Source of the DNA: the human T2T-CHM13v2.0 reference genome, Homo sapiens
Strand: one strand, 5' to 3'
Assembly: GCF_009914755.1 (NCBI RefSeq)
Contig: NC_060948.1
Length of the DNA stretch: 64,000 nt
Positions 1 to 20,763 of the stretch are shown here, piece by piece. The notes under the pieces are model-generated. The model worked only from the letters and a program-made list of their open reading frames with translations. It did no database searches and was not told the origin of the DNA. The translations under genes and the position numbers were made by a program. Each line of letters begins with the position of its first letter. Position 1 is the first letter of the stretch.

Positions 1-1416
<1,416 letters not shown>

Positions 1417-1990
1417 AGATCCATATTTTTTAAATGAAAAAAAATTTCAAAGGTACTCTGCTTGGTACAATAATCAAATGTATAAACTGAGGAATAAAAC
1501 ATAACCATGAAACCTACTTATAACTGCATATGGAAAATACAGAGGATAATTTTTTAAATAATATATTTTGAAAGCCTTAACTAGTAATTTGAAGAGTTGG
1601 CATTTGAAAGGCCAGTATGAATATACCTTCAAAGCAGCAACACAGGTTCCCCATGAGAAAAAGCAAACTCAGGGAAAATAAAACCACAAAGGTTCAATCT
1701 CTTCTGACCTTTGAAAGACACAGCACAGACAGTGGTCCTTAGGACGAAGAGCAGGAGACCCCTAATTCCGTCACCATGGCGATAGGGCATAAAAACTGCT
1801 GGGTGAGGGCACAATCCACATTGTGAGGTCCAACTGCTGCCAGGAAGACAGGAGTGCTTTTACATAGACCGAAAGGTCATTGAAGGCTCAGAGTTTTGTT
1901 TCAAGAACTGAATCCCAAGCCCACACGTTATTAGGCTGCGCTTCTTAAAACAAGTTATGAGATGGGAAAAAGGGCACCCACAAACATACG
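1417..1990. repeat. HSATI-type unique segment of the unit (representative; follows every Alu copy)
   Basis: Non-Alu, complex ~570-bp segment (agatccatat...gggcacccacaaacatacg) repeated in every unit between the Alu 5' end and the AT tract. The name comes from the known DYZ2 structure; boundaries are approximate. Confidence 0.8.
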
Positions 1991-3832
<1,842 letters not shown>

Positions 3833-5936
3833 AGATCCATATTTTTTAAATGAAAAAAAATTTCAAAGGTACTCTGCTTGGTACAATAATCAAATGTATA
3901 AACTGAGGAATAAAACATAACCATGAAACCTACTTATAACTGCATATGGAAAATACAGAGGATAATTTTTTAAATAATATATTTTGAAAGCCTTAACTAG
4001 TAATTTGAAGAGTTGGCATTTGAAAGGCCAGTATGAATATACCTTCAAAGCAGCAACACAGGTTCCCCATGAGAAAAAGCAAACTCAGGGAAAATAAAAC
4101 CACAAAGGTTCAATCTCTTCTGACCTTTGAAAGACACAGCACAGACAGTGGTCCTTAGGACGAAGAGCAGGAGACCCCTAATTCCGTCACCATGGCGATA
4201 GGGCATAAACACTGCTGGGTGAGGGCACAATCCACATTGTGAGGTCCAACTGCTGCCAGGAAGACAGGAGTGCTTTTACATAGACCGAAAGGTCATTGAA
4301 GGCTCAGAGTTTTGTTTCAAGAACTGAATCCCAAGCCCACACGTTATTAGGCTGCGCTTCTTAAAACAAGTTATGAGATGGGAAAAAGGGCACCCACAAA
4401 CATACGTATACATTATGTATATAATAATATACAGTATCATATATATAATATATATAACCTATGTATAATATTGTTTTACATCCTGCATCTTATATTATAT
4501 ATATTGTATAAAATATAATAATTGATAATATATAAGTTTTATATTTATACAATATGACATATAGTATATATTATAATTTATGACATATATAATATATGTT
4601 ATATATCATATATTGAATATATTATACGGTTAATATACGTATTAAATATAAATTATACATTATATGTATTATATATAATATATCTGCTATATATAATACC
4701 CATTATGCATAATATATATATTATGTCTATGTTATATATAGTATAAAACAACATATAATAATATATAATTGTATATATAAAATGTGACATATAATATATA
4801 TTATATTTTATGACATAGGTAATATATATTATATATTATATATAATACGTTGTATGTATAATACCTATATTAAATATATATTATATGACTATGTTATTAA
4901 TTACATGTCACATATGTTATATATTATATATTTTACATAGAATGTACTGGTTACATACAATATATAGTATGTTACCTGTAATGTATAATTTATTACATGT
5001 AAAATAAAGAATGCAATATATTATGTATAATTTATAATATACAATATGTGGAATGTGATATATATAACATATAATATATGATATATGATATACAGTATAT
5101 GATATATAACCTACAATATATGATACCTAACATATATGATATACAATATATATTTTATGATATGTATTCTCTATGTTTTATATCTGTTATATATAATTAT
5201 TTGAAATTATATATAAATGTATAATATTTTATGTAAATATGTAATATAATATATATAACTATCTAATGTATTATATATAACTATATATTATGTTATATAT
5301 ACTTTTATAAAATAAATTACATAAAATATCATAATATAATATATATTATATTATTTCATATTACTTAAGATATATTACATATCACCCAATATAAGTAACA
5401 TACATAATATTATCATATAGATTATATTATGTTATACTAAATATCATATATATCATGTATCATATATTCCATAATATATTTTATACATTATATAATATGT
5501 ATGATGTATATTATGTGATATATATAACTTTATATATAATTATATTATTATACATATAACTAGATAAACATGTAATTCTACATATTTTCATTTATAATAT
5601 ATAGAATTATATAATCATATATAATTATTTATATTCTATAAAAAATTATATCATTATATAAATTATAATATATAAAAATTATAATATATACTACAAATAT
5701 ATATATTATATATCATATATGATATAGTACCTTTGTTATATATCATAATACATATAAATGTGTATTATGTTATCTATAATTATATAACTTCATATATAAG
5801 ATGTATAATATGTATTATATATTATATATGATATGTAATATATATAGTATGTATAAGATGACACAGGATAAATATTATATACTATGACATATAAAATATA
5901 TGAGGTTATATGTTACATATAAGGCATAGCACATAA

Positions 5937-6252
<316 letters not shown>

Positions 6253-8357
6253 AGATCCATATTTTTTAAATGAAAAAAAATTTCAAAGGTACTCTGCTTG
6301 GTACAATAATCAAATGTATAAACTGAGGAATAAAACATAAGCATGAAACCTACTTATAACAGCATATGGAAAATACAGAGGATAATTTTTTAAATAACAT
6401 ATTTTGAAAGCCTTAACTAGTAATTTGAAGAGTTGGCATTTGAAAGGCCAGTATGAATATACCTTCAAAGCAGCAACACAGGTTCCCCATGAGAAAAAGC
6501 AAACACAGGGAAAATAAAAACACAAAGGTTCAATCTCTTCTGACCTTTGAAAGACACAGCACAGACAGTGGTCCTTAGGACGAAGAGCAGGAGACCCCTA
6601 ATTCCGTCACCATGGCGATAGGGCATAAACATTGCTGGGTGAGGGCACAATCCACATTGTGAGGTCCAACTGCTGCCAGGAAGACAGGAGTGCTTTTACA
6701 TATACCGAAAGGTCATTGAAGGCTCAGAGTTTTGTTTCAAGCACTGAATCCCAAGCCCACACGTTATTAGGCTGCGCTTCTTAAAACAAGTTATGAGATG
6801 GGAAAAAGGGCACCAACAAACATACGTATACATTATGTATATAATAATATACAGTATCATATATATATTATATATAACCTATGTATAATATTGTTTTACA
6901 TCCTGCATCTTATATTATATATATTGTGTAAAATATAATAATTGATAATATATAAGTTTTATATTTATACAATATGACATATAGTATATATTATAATTTA
7001 TGACATATATAATATATGTTATATATCATATATAGAATATATTATACGGTTAATATACGTATTAAATATAAATTATACATTATATATATTATATATAATA
7101 TATCTGCTATATATAATACCCATTATGCATAATATATATATTATGTCTATGTTATGTATAGTATAAAACAACATATAATAATATATAATTGTATATATAA
7201 AATGCGACATATAATATATATTATATTTTATGACATCTGTAATATATATTATATATTATATATAATACGTTGTATGTATAATAGCTATATTAAATATATA
7301 TTATATGACTATGTTATTAATTACATGTCACATATGTTATATATTATATATTTTACATAGAATATGCCGGTTACATACAATATATACTATGTTACCCATA
7401 ATGAATAATTTATTACATGTAAAATAGAGAATGCAATATATTATGTATAATTTATAATATACAATATGTGGAATGTGATACATATAACATATAATATATG
7501 ATATATGATATACAGTATATGATATATAACATACAATATATGATACCTAATATATATGGAATATAATTTATATTTTATGATATGTATCCTATATGTTTTA
7601 TATTCTGTTATATATAACTATTTGAAATTATATATAACTGTATAATATTTTATGTCAATATGTAATATAATATATACAACTATATAATATATTATATATA
7701 ACTATATATTATGTTATATATACTTTTATAACATAATTTTCATAAAATATCATAATAAAATATATGTTATATTATTTCACATTACGTAATGTATATTACA
7801 TATCACCCAATATAAGTAACATACATAATATTATAATATAGATTATATTATGTTATATTAAATCTCATATATATCATGTATCATATATTCTATAATATAT
7901 ATTATACATTATATAATATGTATGTTGTCTATTATGTGAGATATATAACTATATATATAATTATATTATTATACATATAACTAGATAAACATGTAATTCT
8001 ACATATTTTCCTTTATAATATATAGAATTATATAATCATATATAATTATTTATATTCTATAAAAAATTATATCATTATATAAATTATAATATATAAAAAG
8101 TATAATATGTACTACAAATATATATGTTATATATCATATATGATATAGTACCTTTGTTATATATCATAATACATATAAATGTGTATTATGTTATCTATAA
8201 TTATATAATTTCATTTATAAGATGTATAATATGTATTATATATTATATACGTTATGTCATATATATAGTATATTTAACCTGACACAGGATAAATATTATA
8301 TACTATGACATATAAAATATATGAGGTTATATGTTACATATAAGGCATAGCATATAA

Positions 8358-8673
<316 letters not shown>

Positions 8674-10798
8674 AGATCCATATTTTTTAAATGAAAAAAA
8701 ATTTCAAAGGTACTCTGCTTGGTACAATAATCAAATGTATAAACTGAGGAATAAAACATAACCATGAAACCTACTTATAACTGCATATGGAAAATACAGA
8801 GGATAATTTTTTAAATAACATAGTTTGAAAGCCTTAACTAGTAATTTGAAGAGTTGGCATTTGAAAGGCCAGTATGAATATACCTTCAAAGCAGCAACAC
8901 AGGTTCCCCATGAGAAAAAGCAAACTCAGGGAAAATAAAACCACAAACGTTCAATCTCTTCTGACCTTTGAAAGACACAGCACAGACAGTGGTCCTTAGG
9001 ACGAAGAGCAGGAGACCCCTAATTCCGTCACCATGACGATAGGGCATAAACATTGCTGGGTGAGGGCACAATCCACATTGTGAGGTCCAACTGCTGCCAG
9101 GAAGACAGGAGTGCTTTTACATAGACCTAAAGGTCATTGAAGGCTCAGAGTTTTGTTTCAAGAACTGAATCCCAAGCCCACACGTTATTAGGCTGCGCTT
9201 CTTAAAACAAGTTATGAGATGGGAAAAAGGGCACCCACAAACATACGTATACATTATGTATATAATAATATACAGTATCATATATATAATATATATAACC
9301 TATGTATAATATTGTTTTACATCCTGCATCTTATATTATATATATTGTATAAAATATAGTAATTGATAATATATGTTTTATATTTTTACAATATGACATA
9401 TAGTATATATTATAATTTATGACATATATAATATATGTTATATATCATATATAGAATATATTATACGGTTAATATACGTAATAAATATAAATTATACATT
9501 ATATATATTATATATAATATATCTGCTATATATAATACCCATTATGCATAATATATATATTATGTCTATGTTATATATAGTATAAAACAACATATAATAA
9601 TATATAATTGTATATATAAAATACGACATATAATATATATTATATTTTATGACATATGTAATATATATTATATATTATATGTAATACGTTGTATGTATAA
9701 TACCTATATTAAATATATATTATATGACTATGTTATTAATTACATGTCACATGTGTTATATATTATTTATTTTACACAGAATATACCGGTTACATACAAT
9801 ATATACTATGTTACCTACAATGTATAATTTATTACATGTAAAATAAAGAATGCAATATATTATGTATAATTTATAATATACAATATGTGGATTGTGATAT
9901 ATATAACATATAATTTATGATATAGGATATACAGTATATGGTATATAACATACAATATATGATACCTAATATATATGGTATACAATATATATTTTATGAT
10001 ATGTATTCCCTATGTTTTATATTCTGTTATATATAACTATTTGAAATTATATATAACTGTATAATATTTTATGTAAATATGTAATATAATATATATAAAA
10101 ATATAATATATTATATATAACTATATATTATGTTATATATACTTTTATAACATAATTTACATAAAATATCATAATATAATATATATTATATTATTTCATA
10201 TTACATAATATATATTACATATAACCCAATATAAGTAACATACATAATATTATAATATAGATTATATTATGTTATATTAAATATCATATATATGATGTAT
10301 CATATATTCTATTATATATATTATACATTATATAATATGTATGTTGTCTATTATGTGATATATATAACTATATATATAATTATATTATTATACATATAAC
10401 TAGATAAACATGTAATTCTACATATTTTCATTTACAATATATATAATTATATAATCATATATAATTATTTATATTCTATAAAAAATTATATCATCATATA
10501 AATTATAATATATAAAAATTATAATATGTACTACAAATATATATATTATATATCATATATGATATAGTACCTTGTTATATATCATAATACATATAAATGT
10601 GTATTATGTTATCTATAATTATATAATTTCACATATAAGATGTATAATATGTATTATATATTATATATGTTATGTAATATATATAGTATATATAAGATGA
10701 CACAGGATAAATATTATATACTATGACATATAAAATATATGAGGTTATATGTTACATATAAGGCATAGCACATAACATGTAATATATATCATATATAA

Positions 10799-11090
<292 letters not shown>

Positions 11091-13217
11091 AGATCCATAT
11101 TTTTTAAATGAAAAAAAATTTCAAAGGTACTCTGCTTGGTACAATAATCAAATGTATAAACTGAGGAATAAAACATAACCATGAAACCTACTTATAACTG
11201 CATAGGGAAAATACAGAGGATAATTTTTTAAATAACATAGTTTGAAAGCCTTAACTAGTAATTTGAAGAGTTGGCATTTGAAAGGCCAGTATGAATATAC
11301 CTTCAAAGCAGCAACACAGGTTCCCCATGAGAAAAAGCAAACTCAGGGAAAATAAAACCACAAAGGTTCAATCTCTTCTGACCTTTGAAAGACACAGCAC
11401 AGACAGTGGTCCTTAGGACGAAGAGCAGGAGACCCCTAATTCCGTCACCATGGCGATAGGGCATAAACATTGCTGGGTGAGGGCACAATCCACATTGTGA
11501 GGTCCAACTGCTGCCAGGAAGACAGGAGTGCTTTTACATAGACCGAAAGGTCATTGAAGGCTCAGAGTTTTGTTTCAAGAACTGAATCCCAAGCCCACAC
11601 GTTATTAGGCTGCGCTTCTTAAAACAAGTTATGAGATGGGAAAAAGGGCACCCACAAAAATACGTATACATTATGTATATAATAATATACAGTATCATAT
11701 ATATAATATATATAACCCATGTATAATATTGTTTTACATCCTGCATCTTATATTATATATATTGTATAAAATATAATAATTGATAATATATAAGTTTTAT
11801 ATTTATACAATATGACATATAGTATATATTATAATTTATGACATATATAATATATGTTATATAGCATATATAGAATATATTATACGGTTAATATACGTAA
11901 TAAATACAAATTATACATTATATATATTATATATAATATATCTGCTATATATAATACCCATTATGCATAATATATATATTATGTCTATGTTATATATAGT
12001 ATAAAACAACATATAATAATATATAATTGTATATATAAAATGCGACATAAAATATATATTATATTTAATGACATATGTAATATATATTATATATTATATA
12101 TAATACGTTGTATGTATAATACCTATATTAAATATATATTATATGACTATGTTATTAATTACATGTCACATGTGTTATATATTATTTATTTTACACAGAA
12201 TATACCGGTTACATACAATATATACCATGTTACCTACAATGTATAATTTATTACATGTAAAATAAAGAATGCAATATATTATGTATAATTTATAATATAC
12301 AATATGTGGAATGTGATATACATAACATATAATATATGATATAGGATATAGAGTATATGATATATAACATACAATATATGATACCTAATATATATGGTAT
12401 ACAATATATATTTTATGATATGTATTCTATATGTTTTATATTCTGTTATATATAACTATTTGAAATTATATATAACTGTATAATATTTTATGTAAATATG
12501 TAATATAATATATATAAAAATATAATATATTATATATAACTATATATAATGTTATATATACTTTTATAACATAATTTACATAAAATATCATGATATAATA
12601 TATATTATATTATTTCATATTACATAATATATATTACATATCACCCAATATAAGTAACATACATAATATTATAATATAGATTATATTATGTTATATTAAA
12701 TATCATATATATCATGTATCATATATTCTATAATATATATTATACATTATATAATATGTATGTTGTCTATTATGTGATATATATAACTATATATATAATT
12801 ATATTATTATACATATAACTAGATAAACATGAAATTCTACATATTTTCATTTATAATATATAGAATTATATAATCATATATAATTATTTATATTCTATAA
12901 AAATTATATCATTATATAAATTATAATATATAAAAATTATAATATGTACTACAAATATATATATTATATATCATATATGATATAGTACCTTTGTTATATA
13001 TCATAATACATATAAATGTGTATTATGTCATCTATAATTATATAATTTCATATATAAGATGTATAATATGTATTATATATTATATATGTTATGTAATATA
13101 TATAGTATATATAAGATGACACAGGATAAATATTATATACTATGACATATAAAATATATGAGGTTATATGTTACATATAAGGCATAGCACATAACATGTA
13201 ATATATATCATATATAA

Positions 13218-13509
<292 letters not shown>

Positions 13510-15634
13510 AGATCCATATTTTTTAAATGAAAAAAAATTTCAAAGGTACTCTGCTTGGTACAATAATCAAATGTATAAACTGAGGAATAAAACATAACCA
13601 TGAAACCTACTTATAACTGCATATGGAAAATACAGAGGATAATTTTTTAAATAACATATTTTGAAAGCCTTAACTAGTAATTTGAAGAGTTGGCATTTGA
13701 AAGGCCAGTATGAATATACCTTCAAAGCAGCAACACAGGTTCCCCATGAGAAAAAGCAAACTCAGGGAAAATAAAACCACAAAGGTTCAATCTCTTCTGA
13801 CCTTTGAAAGACACAGCACAGACAGTGGTCCTTAGGACGAAGAGCAGGAGACCCATAATTCCGTCACCATGGCGATAGGGCATAAACATTGCTGGGGAGG
13901 GCACAATCCACATTGTGAGGTCCAACTGCTGCCAGGAAGACAGGAGTGCTTTTACATAGACCGAAAGGTCATTGAAGGCTCAGAGTTTTGTTTCAAGAAC
14001 TGAATCCCAAGCCCACACGTTATTAGGCTGCGCTTCTTAAAACAAGTTATGAGATGGGAAAAAGGGCACCCACAAACATACGTATACATTATGTATATAA
14101 TAATATACAGTATCATATATATAATATATATAACCTATGTATAATATTGTTTTACATCCTGCATCTTATGTTATATATATTGTATAAAATATAATAATTA
14201 ATAATGTATAAGTTTTATATTTATACAATATGACATATAGTATATATTATAATTTATGACATATATAATATATGTTATATATCATATATAGAATATATTA
14301 TACGGTTAATATACGTATTAAATATAAATTATACATTATATATATTATATATATTATATCTGCTATATATAATACCCATTATGCATAATATATATATTAT
14401 GTCTATGTTATATATAGTATAAAACAAAATATAATAATATATAATTGTATATATAAAATGCGACATATAATATATATTATATTTTATGACATATGTAATA
14501 TATATCATATATTATATATAATACGTTGTATGTATAATACCTATAATAAATATATATTATATGACTATGTTATTAATTACATGTCACATGTGTTATATAT
14601 TATTTATTTTACACAGAATATACCGGTTACATAGAATATATACTATGTTACCTACAATGTATAATTTATTACATGTAAAATAAAGAATGCAATATATTAT
14701 GTATAATTTATAATATACAATATGTGGAATGTGATATATATAACATATAATATATGATATAGGATATACAGTATATGGTATATAACATACAATATATGAT
14801 ACCTAATATATATGGTATACAATATATATTTTATGATATGTATTCCCTATGTTTTATATTCTGTTATATATAACTATTTGAAATTATATATAACTGTATA
14901 ATATTTTATGTAAATATGTAATATAATATATATAAAAATATAATATATTATATATAACTATATATTATGTTATATATACTTTTATAACATAATTTACATA
15001 AAATATCATAATATAATATATATTATATTATTTCATATTACATAATATATATTACATATCACCCAATATAAGTAACATACATAATATTATAATATAGATT
15101 ATATTATGTTATATTAAATATCATATATATCATGTATCATATATTCTATAATATATATTATACATTATATAATATGTATGTTGTCTATTATGTGATATAT
15201 ATAACTATATATAATTATATTATTATACATATAACTAGATAAACATGTAATTCTACATATTTTCATTTATAATATATAGAATTATATAATCATATATAAT
15301 TATTTATATTCTATAAAAAATTATATCATCATATAAATTATAATATATAAAAATTATAATATGTACTACAAATATATATATTATATATCATATATGATAT
15401 AGTACCTTTGTTATATATCATAATACATATAAATGTGTATTATGTTATCTATAATTATATAATTTCATATATAAGATGTATAATATGTATTATATATTAT
15501 ATATGTTATGTAATATATATAGTATATATAAGACGACACAGGATAAATATTATATACTATGACATATAAAATATATGAGGTTATATGTTACATATAAGGC
15601 ATAGCACATAACATGTAATATATATCATATATAA

Positions 15635-15926
15635 TTTTTTTTTAGACAGAGTCTTGTCCTGTTGAACAGTGTGGAGTACAATGGCGCCATCTTTGCTCAC
15701 TGCAACATCTGCCTCACGCGTCCAAGCGATTGTCCTCCCTCAGCCTCCCAGGTAGCTGGGACTACACCACACTGGGACTACACCAGCTGCCACCATGCCT
15801 AGCTAATTTTTTGGATTTTTAGTAGTGACAGCGTTTCACTGTATTGGCCAGGATGGTCTTGATCTCTTCACCTTGTGATCCCCTTGCCTTGGCCTCCAAA
15901 TTTGCTGGGATTACAGGCCTGAGCCA
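15635..15926 (-). mobile_element. Alu copy, unit 7
   Basis: Collinear with the unit 1 Alu. Confidence 0.95.
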
Positions 15927-18052
15927 AGATCCATATTTTTTAAATGAAAAAAAATTTCAAAGGTACTCTGCTTGGTACAATAATCAAATGTATAAACTGA
16001 GGAATAAATCATAACCATGAAACCTACTGATAACTGCATATGGAAAATACAGAGGATAATTTTTTAAATAACATATTTTGAAAGCCTTAACTAGTAATTT
16101 GAAGAGTTGGCATTTGAAATGCCAGTATGAATATACCTTCAAAGCAGCAACACAGGTTCCCCATGAGAAAAAGCAAACTCAGGGAAAATAAAACCACAAA
16201 GGTTCAATCTCTTCTGACCTTTGAAAGACACAGCACAGACAGTGGTCCTTAGGATGAAGAGCAGGAGACCCCTAATTCCGTCACCATGGCGATAGGGCAT
16301 AAACATTGCTGGGTGAGGGCACAGTCCACATTGTGAGGTCCAACTGCTGCCAGGAAGACAGGAATGCTTTTACATAGACCGAAAGGTCAGTGAAGGCTCA
16401 GAGTTTTCTTTCAAGAACTGAATCCCAAGCCCACACGTTATTAGGCTGCGCTTCTTAAAACAAGTTATGAGATGGGAAAAAGGGCACCCACAAACATACG
16501 TATACATTATGTATATAATAATATACAGTATCATATATGTAATATATATAACCTATGTATAATATTGTTTTACATCCTGCATCTTATGTTCTATATATTG
16601 TATAAAATATAATAATTGATAATATATAAGTTTTATATTTATACAATATGACATATAGTATATATTATAATTTATGACATATATAATATAAGCTATATAT
16701 CATATATAGAATATATTATATGGTTAATATACGTATTAAATATAAATTATACATTATATATATTATATATAATATATCTGTTATATATAATACCCATTAT
16801 GCATAATATATATATTATGTCTATGTTATATATAGTATAAAACAACATATAATAATATATAATTGTATATATAAAATGCGACATATAATATATATTATAT
16901 ATTATAACATATGTAATATATATTATATATTATATATAATACGTTGTATGTATAATACCCATATTAAATATATATTATATGACTATGTTATTAATTACAT
17001 GTCACATGAGTTATATATTATATATTTTACATAGAATATACCGGTTACATACAATATATACTATGTTACCTACAATGTATAATTTATTACATGTAAAATA
17101 AAGAATGCAGTATATTATGTATAATTTATAATATACAATATGTGGAATGTGATATATATAACATATAATATATGATATATGATATACAGTATATGATATA
17201 TAACATACAATATATGATTCTTAATATATATGGTATACAATATATATTTTATGATATGTATTCTATATGTTTTATATTCTGTTATATATAACTATTTGAA
17301 ATTATATATAACTGTATAATATTTTATGTAAATATGTAATATAATATATATAACTATATAATATATTATATATAACTATATATTATGTTATATATACTTT
17401 TATAACATAATTTACATAAAATATCATAATATAATGTATAATATATTATTTCATATTACATAATATATATTACATAGTACCCAATATAAGTAACATACGT
17501 AATATTATAATATAGATTATATTATGTTATATTAAATATCATATATATCATGTATCATATATTCTATAATATATATTACACATTATATAATATGTATGTT
17601 GTCTATTATGTGATATATATAACTATATATATAATTATATTATTTTACATATAACTAGATAAACATGTAATTCTACATATTTTCATTTATAATATATAGA
17701 ATTATATAATCATATATAATTATTTATATTCTATAAAAAGTTATGTCATTATATAAATTATAATATATAAAAATTATAATATGTACTACAAATATATATA
17801 TTATATATCATATATGATATAGTACCTTTGTTATATATCATAATACATATAAATGTGTATTGTTATCTATAATTATATAATTTCATATATAAGATGTATA
17901 ATATGTATCATATATTATATAAGTTATGTAATATATATAGTATATATAAGATGACACAGGATAAATATTTTAAACTATCACATATAAAATATATGAGGTT
18001 ATATGTTACATATAAGGCATAGCACATAACACGTAATATATATCATATATAA

Positions 18053-18343
18053 TTTTTTTTTAGACAGAATCTTGTCCTGTTGCACTGGGTGGGGTACGAT
18101 GGAGCCATCTTTGCTCACTGCAACATCTGCCTCACGGGTCCAAGCGATTGTCCTCCCTCAGCCTCCCAGGTAGCTGGGACTACACCACACTGGACTACAC
18201 CAGCTGCCACCATGCCTAGTTAATTTTTTGGATTTTTAGTAGTGACAGCGTTTCACTGTATTGGCCAGGATGGTCTTGATCTCTTCACCTTGTAATCCCC
18301 TTGCCTTGGCCTCCAAATTTGCTGGGATTACAGGCCTGAGCCA
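18053..18343 (-). mobile_element. Alu copy, unit 8 (transitional haplotype)
   Basis: Collinear with the unit 1 Alu; carries gacagaAtc and ggtggGgtac but still caacAtctg. Confidence 0.95.
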
Positions 18344-20471
18344 AGATCCATAATTTTTAAATGAAAAAAAATTTCAAAGGTACTCTGCTTGGTACAATAA
18401 TCAAATGTATAAACTGAGGAATTAAACATAACCATGAAACCTACTTATAACTGCATATGGAAAATACAGAGGATAATTTTTTAAATAAAATATTTTGAAA
18501 GCCTTAACTAGTAATTTGAAGAGCTGGCATTTGAAAGGCCAGTATGAATATACCTTCAAAGCAGCAACACAGGTTCCCCATGAGAAAAAGCAAACACAGG
18601 GAAAATAAAAACACAAAGGTTCAATCTCTTCTGACCTTTGAAAGACACAGCACAGACAGTGGTTCTTAGGACGAAGAGCAGGAGACCCCTAATTCCGTCA
18701 CCATGGCGATAGGGCATAAACATTGCTGGGTGAGGGCACAATCCACATTGTGAGGTCCAACTGCTGCCAGGAAGACAGGAGTGCTTTTACATAGACCGAA
18801 AGGTCATTGAAGGCTCAGAGTTTTGTTTCAAGAACTGAATCCCAAGCCCACACGTTATTAGGCTGCGCTTCTTAAAACAAGTTATGAGATGGGAAAAAGG
18901 GCACCCACAAACATACGTATACATTATGTATATAATAATATACAGTATCATATATATAATATATATAACCTATGTATAATATTGTTTTACATCCTGCATC
19001 TTATGTTATATATATTGTATAAAATATAATAATTGATAATATATAAGTTTTATATTTATACAATATGACATATAGTATATATTATAATTTATGACATATA
19101 TAATATATGTTATATATCATATATAGAATATATTATACGGTTAATATACGTATTAAATATAAATTATACATTATATATATTATATATAATATATCTGTTA
19201 TATATAATACCCATTATGCATAATATATATATTATGTCTATGTTATATATAGTATAAAACAACATATAATAATATATAATTGTATATATAAAATGCGACA
19301 TATAATATATATTATATTTTATAACATATGTAATATATATTATATATTATATATAATACGTTGTATGTATAATACCTATATTAAATATATATTATATGAC
19401 TATGTTATTAATTACATGTCATATGTGTTATATATTATATATTTTACATAGAATATACCTGTTACATACAATATATACTATGTTACCTATAATGTATAAT
19501 TTATTACATGTAAAATAAAGAATGCAATATATTATGTATAATTTATAATATACCATATGTGGAATGTGATATATATAATATATAATATATGATATATGAT
19601 ATACAGTATATGATATATAACATACAATATATGATTCCTAATATATATGGTATACAATATATATTTCATGATATGTATTCTATATGTTTTATATTCTGTT
19701 ATATATAACTATTTGAAATTATATATAACTGTATAATATTTTATGTAAATATGTAATATAATATATATAACTATATAATATATTATATATAACTATATAT
19801 TATGTTATATATACTTTTATAACATAATTTGCATAAAATATCATAACATAATATATATTATATTATTTCATATTACATAATATATATTACATATCACCCA
19901 ATATAACTAACATACATAATATTATAATATAGATTATATTGTGTTATATTAAATATCATATATATCATGTATCATATATTCTATAATATATATTACACAT
20001 TATATAATATGTATGTTGTCTATTATGTGATATATATAACTCTCTATATAATTATATTTTTATACATATAACTAGATAAACATGTAATTCTACATATTTT
20101 CATTTATAATATGTAGAATTATATAATCATATATAATTATTTATATTCTATAAAAAATTTTATCATTATATCAATTATAATATATAAAAATTATAATATG
20201 TACTACAAATATATATATTATATATCATATATGATATAGTACCTTTGTTATATATCATAATACATATAAATGTGTATTATGTTATCTATAATTATATAAT
20301 TTCATATATAAGATGTATAATATGTATCATATATTATATATGTTATGTAATATATATAGTATATATAAGATGACACTGGATAAATATTATATACTATGAC
20401 ATATAAAATATATGAGGTTATATTTTACATATAAGGCATAGCACATAACATGTAATATATATCATATATAA

Positions 20472-20763
20472 TTTTTTTTTAGACAGAATCTTGTCCTGTT
20501 GCACAGGGTGGGGTACAATGGCGCCATCTTTGCTCACTGCAACTTCTGCCTCACGGGTCCAAGCGATGGTCCTCCCTCAGCCTCCCAGGTAGCTGGGACT
20601 ACACCACACTGGGACTACACCAGCTGCCACCATGCCTAGCTAATTTTTTGGATTTTTAGTAGTGACAGCGTTTCACTGTATTGGCCAGGATGGTCTTGAT
20701 CTCTTCACCTTGTGATCCCCTTGCCTTGGCCTCCAAATTTGCTGGGATTACAGGCCTGAGCCA
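20472..20763 (-). mobile_element. Alu copy, unit 9
   Basis: Collinear with the other Alu copies. Confidence 0.95.
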
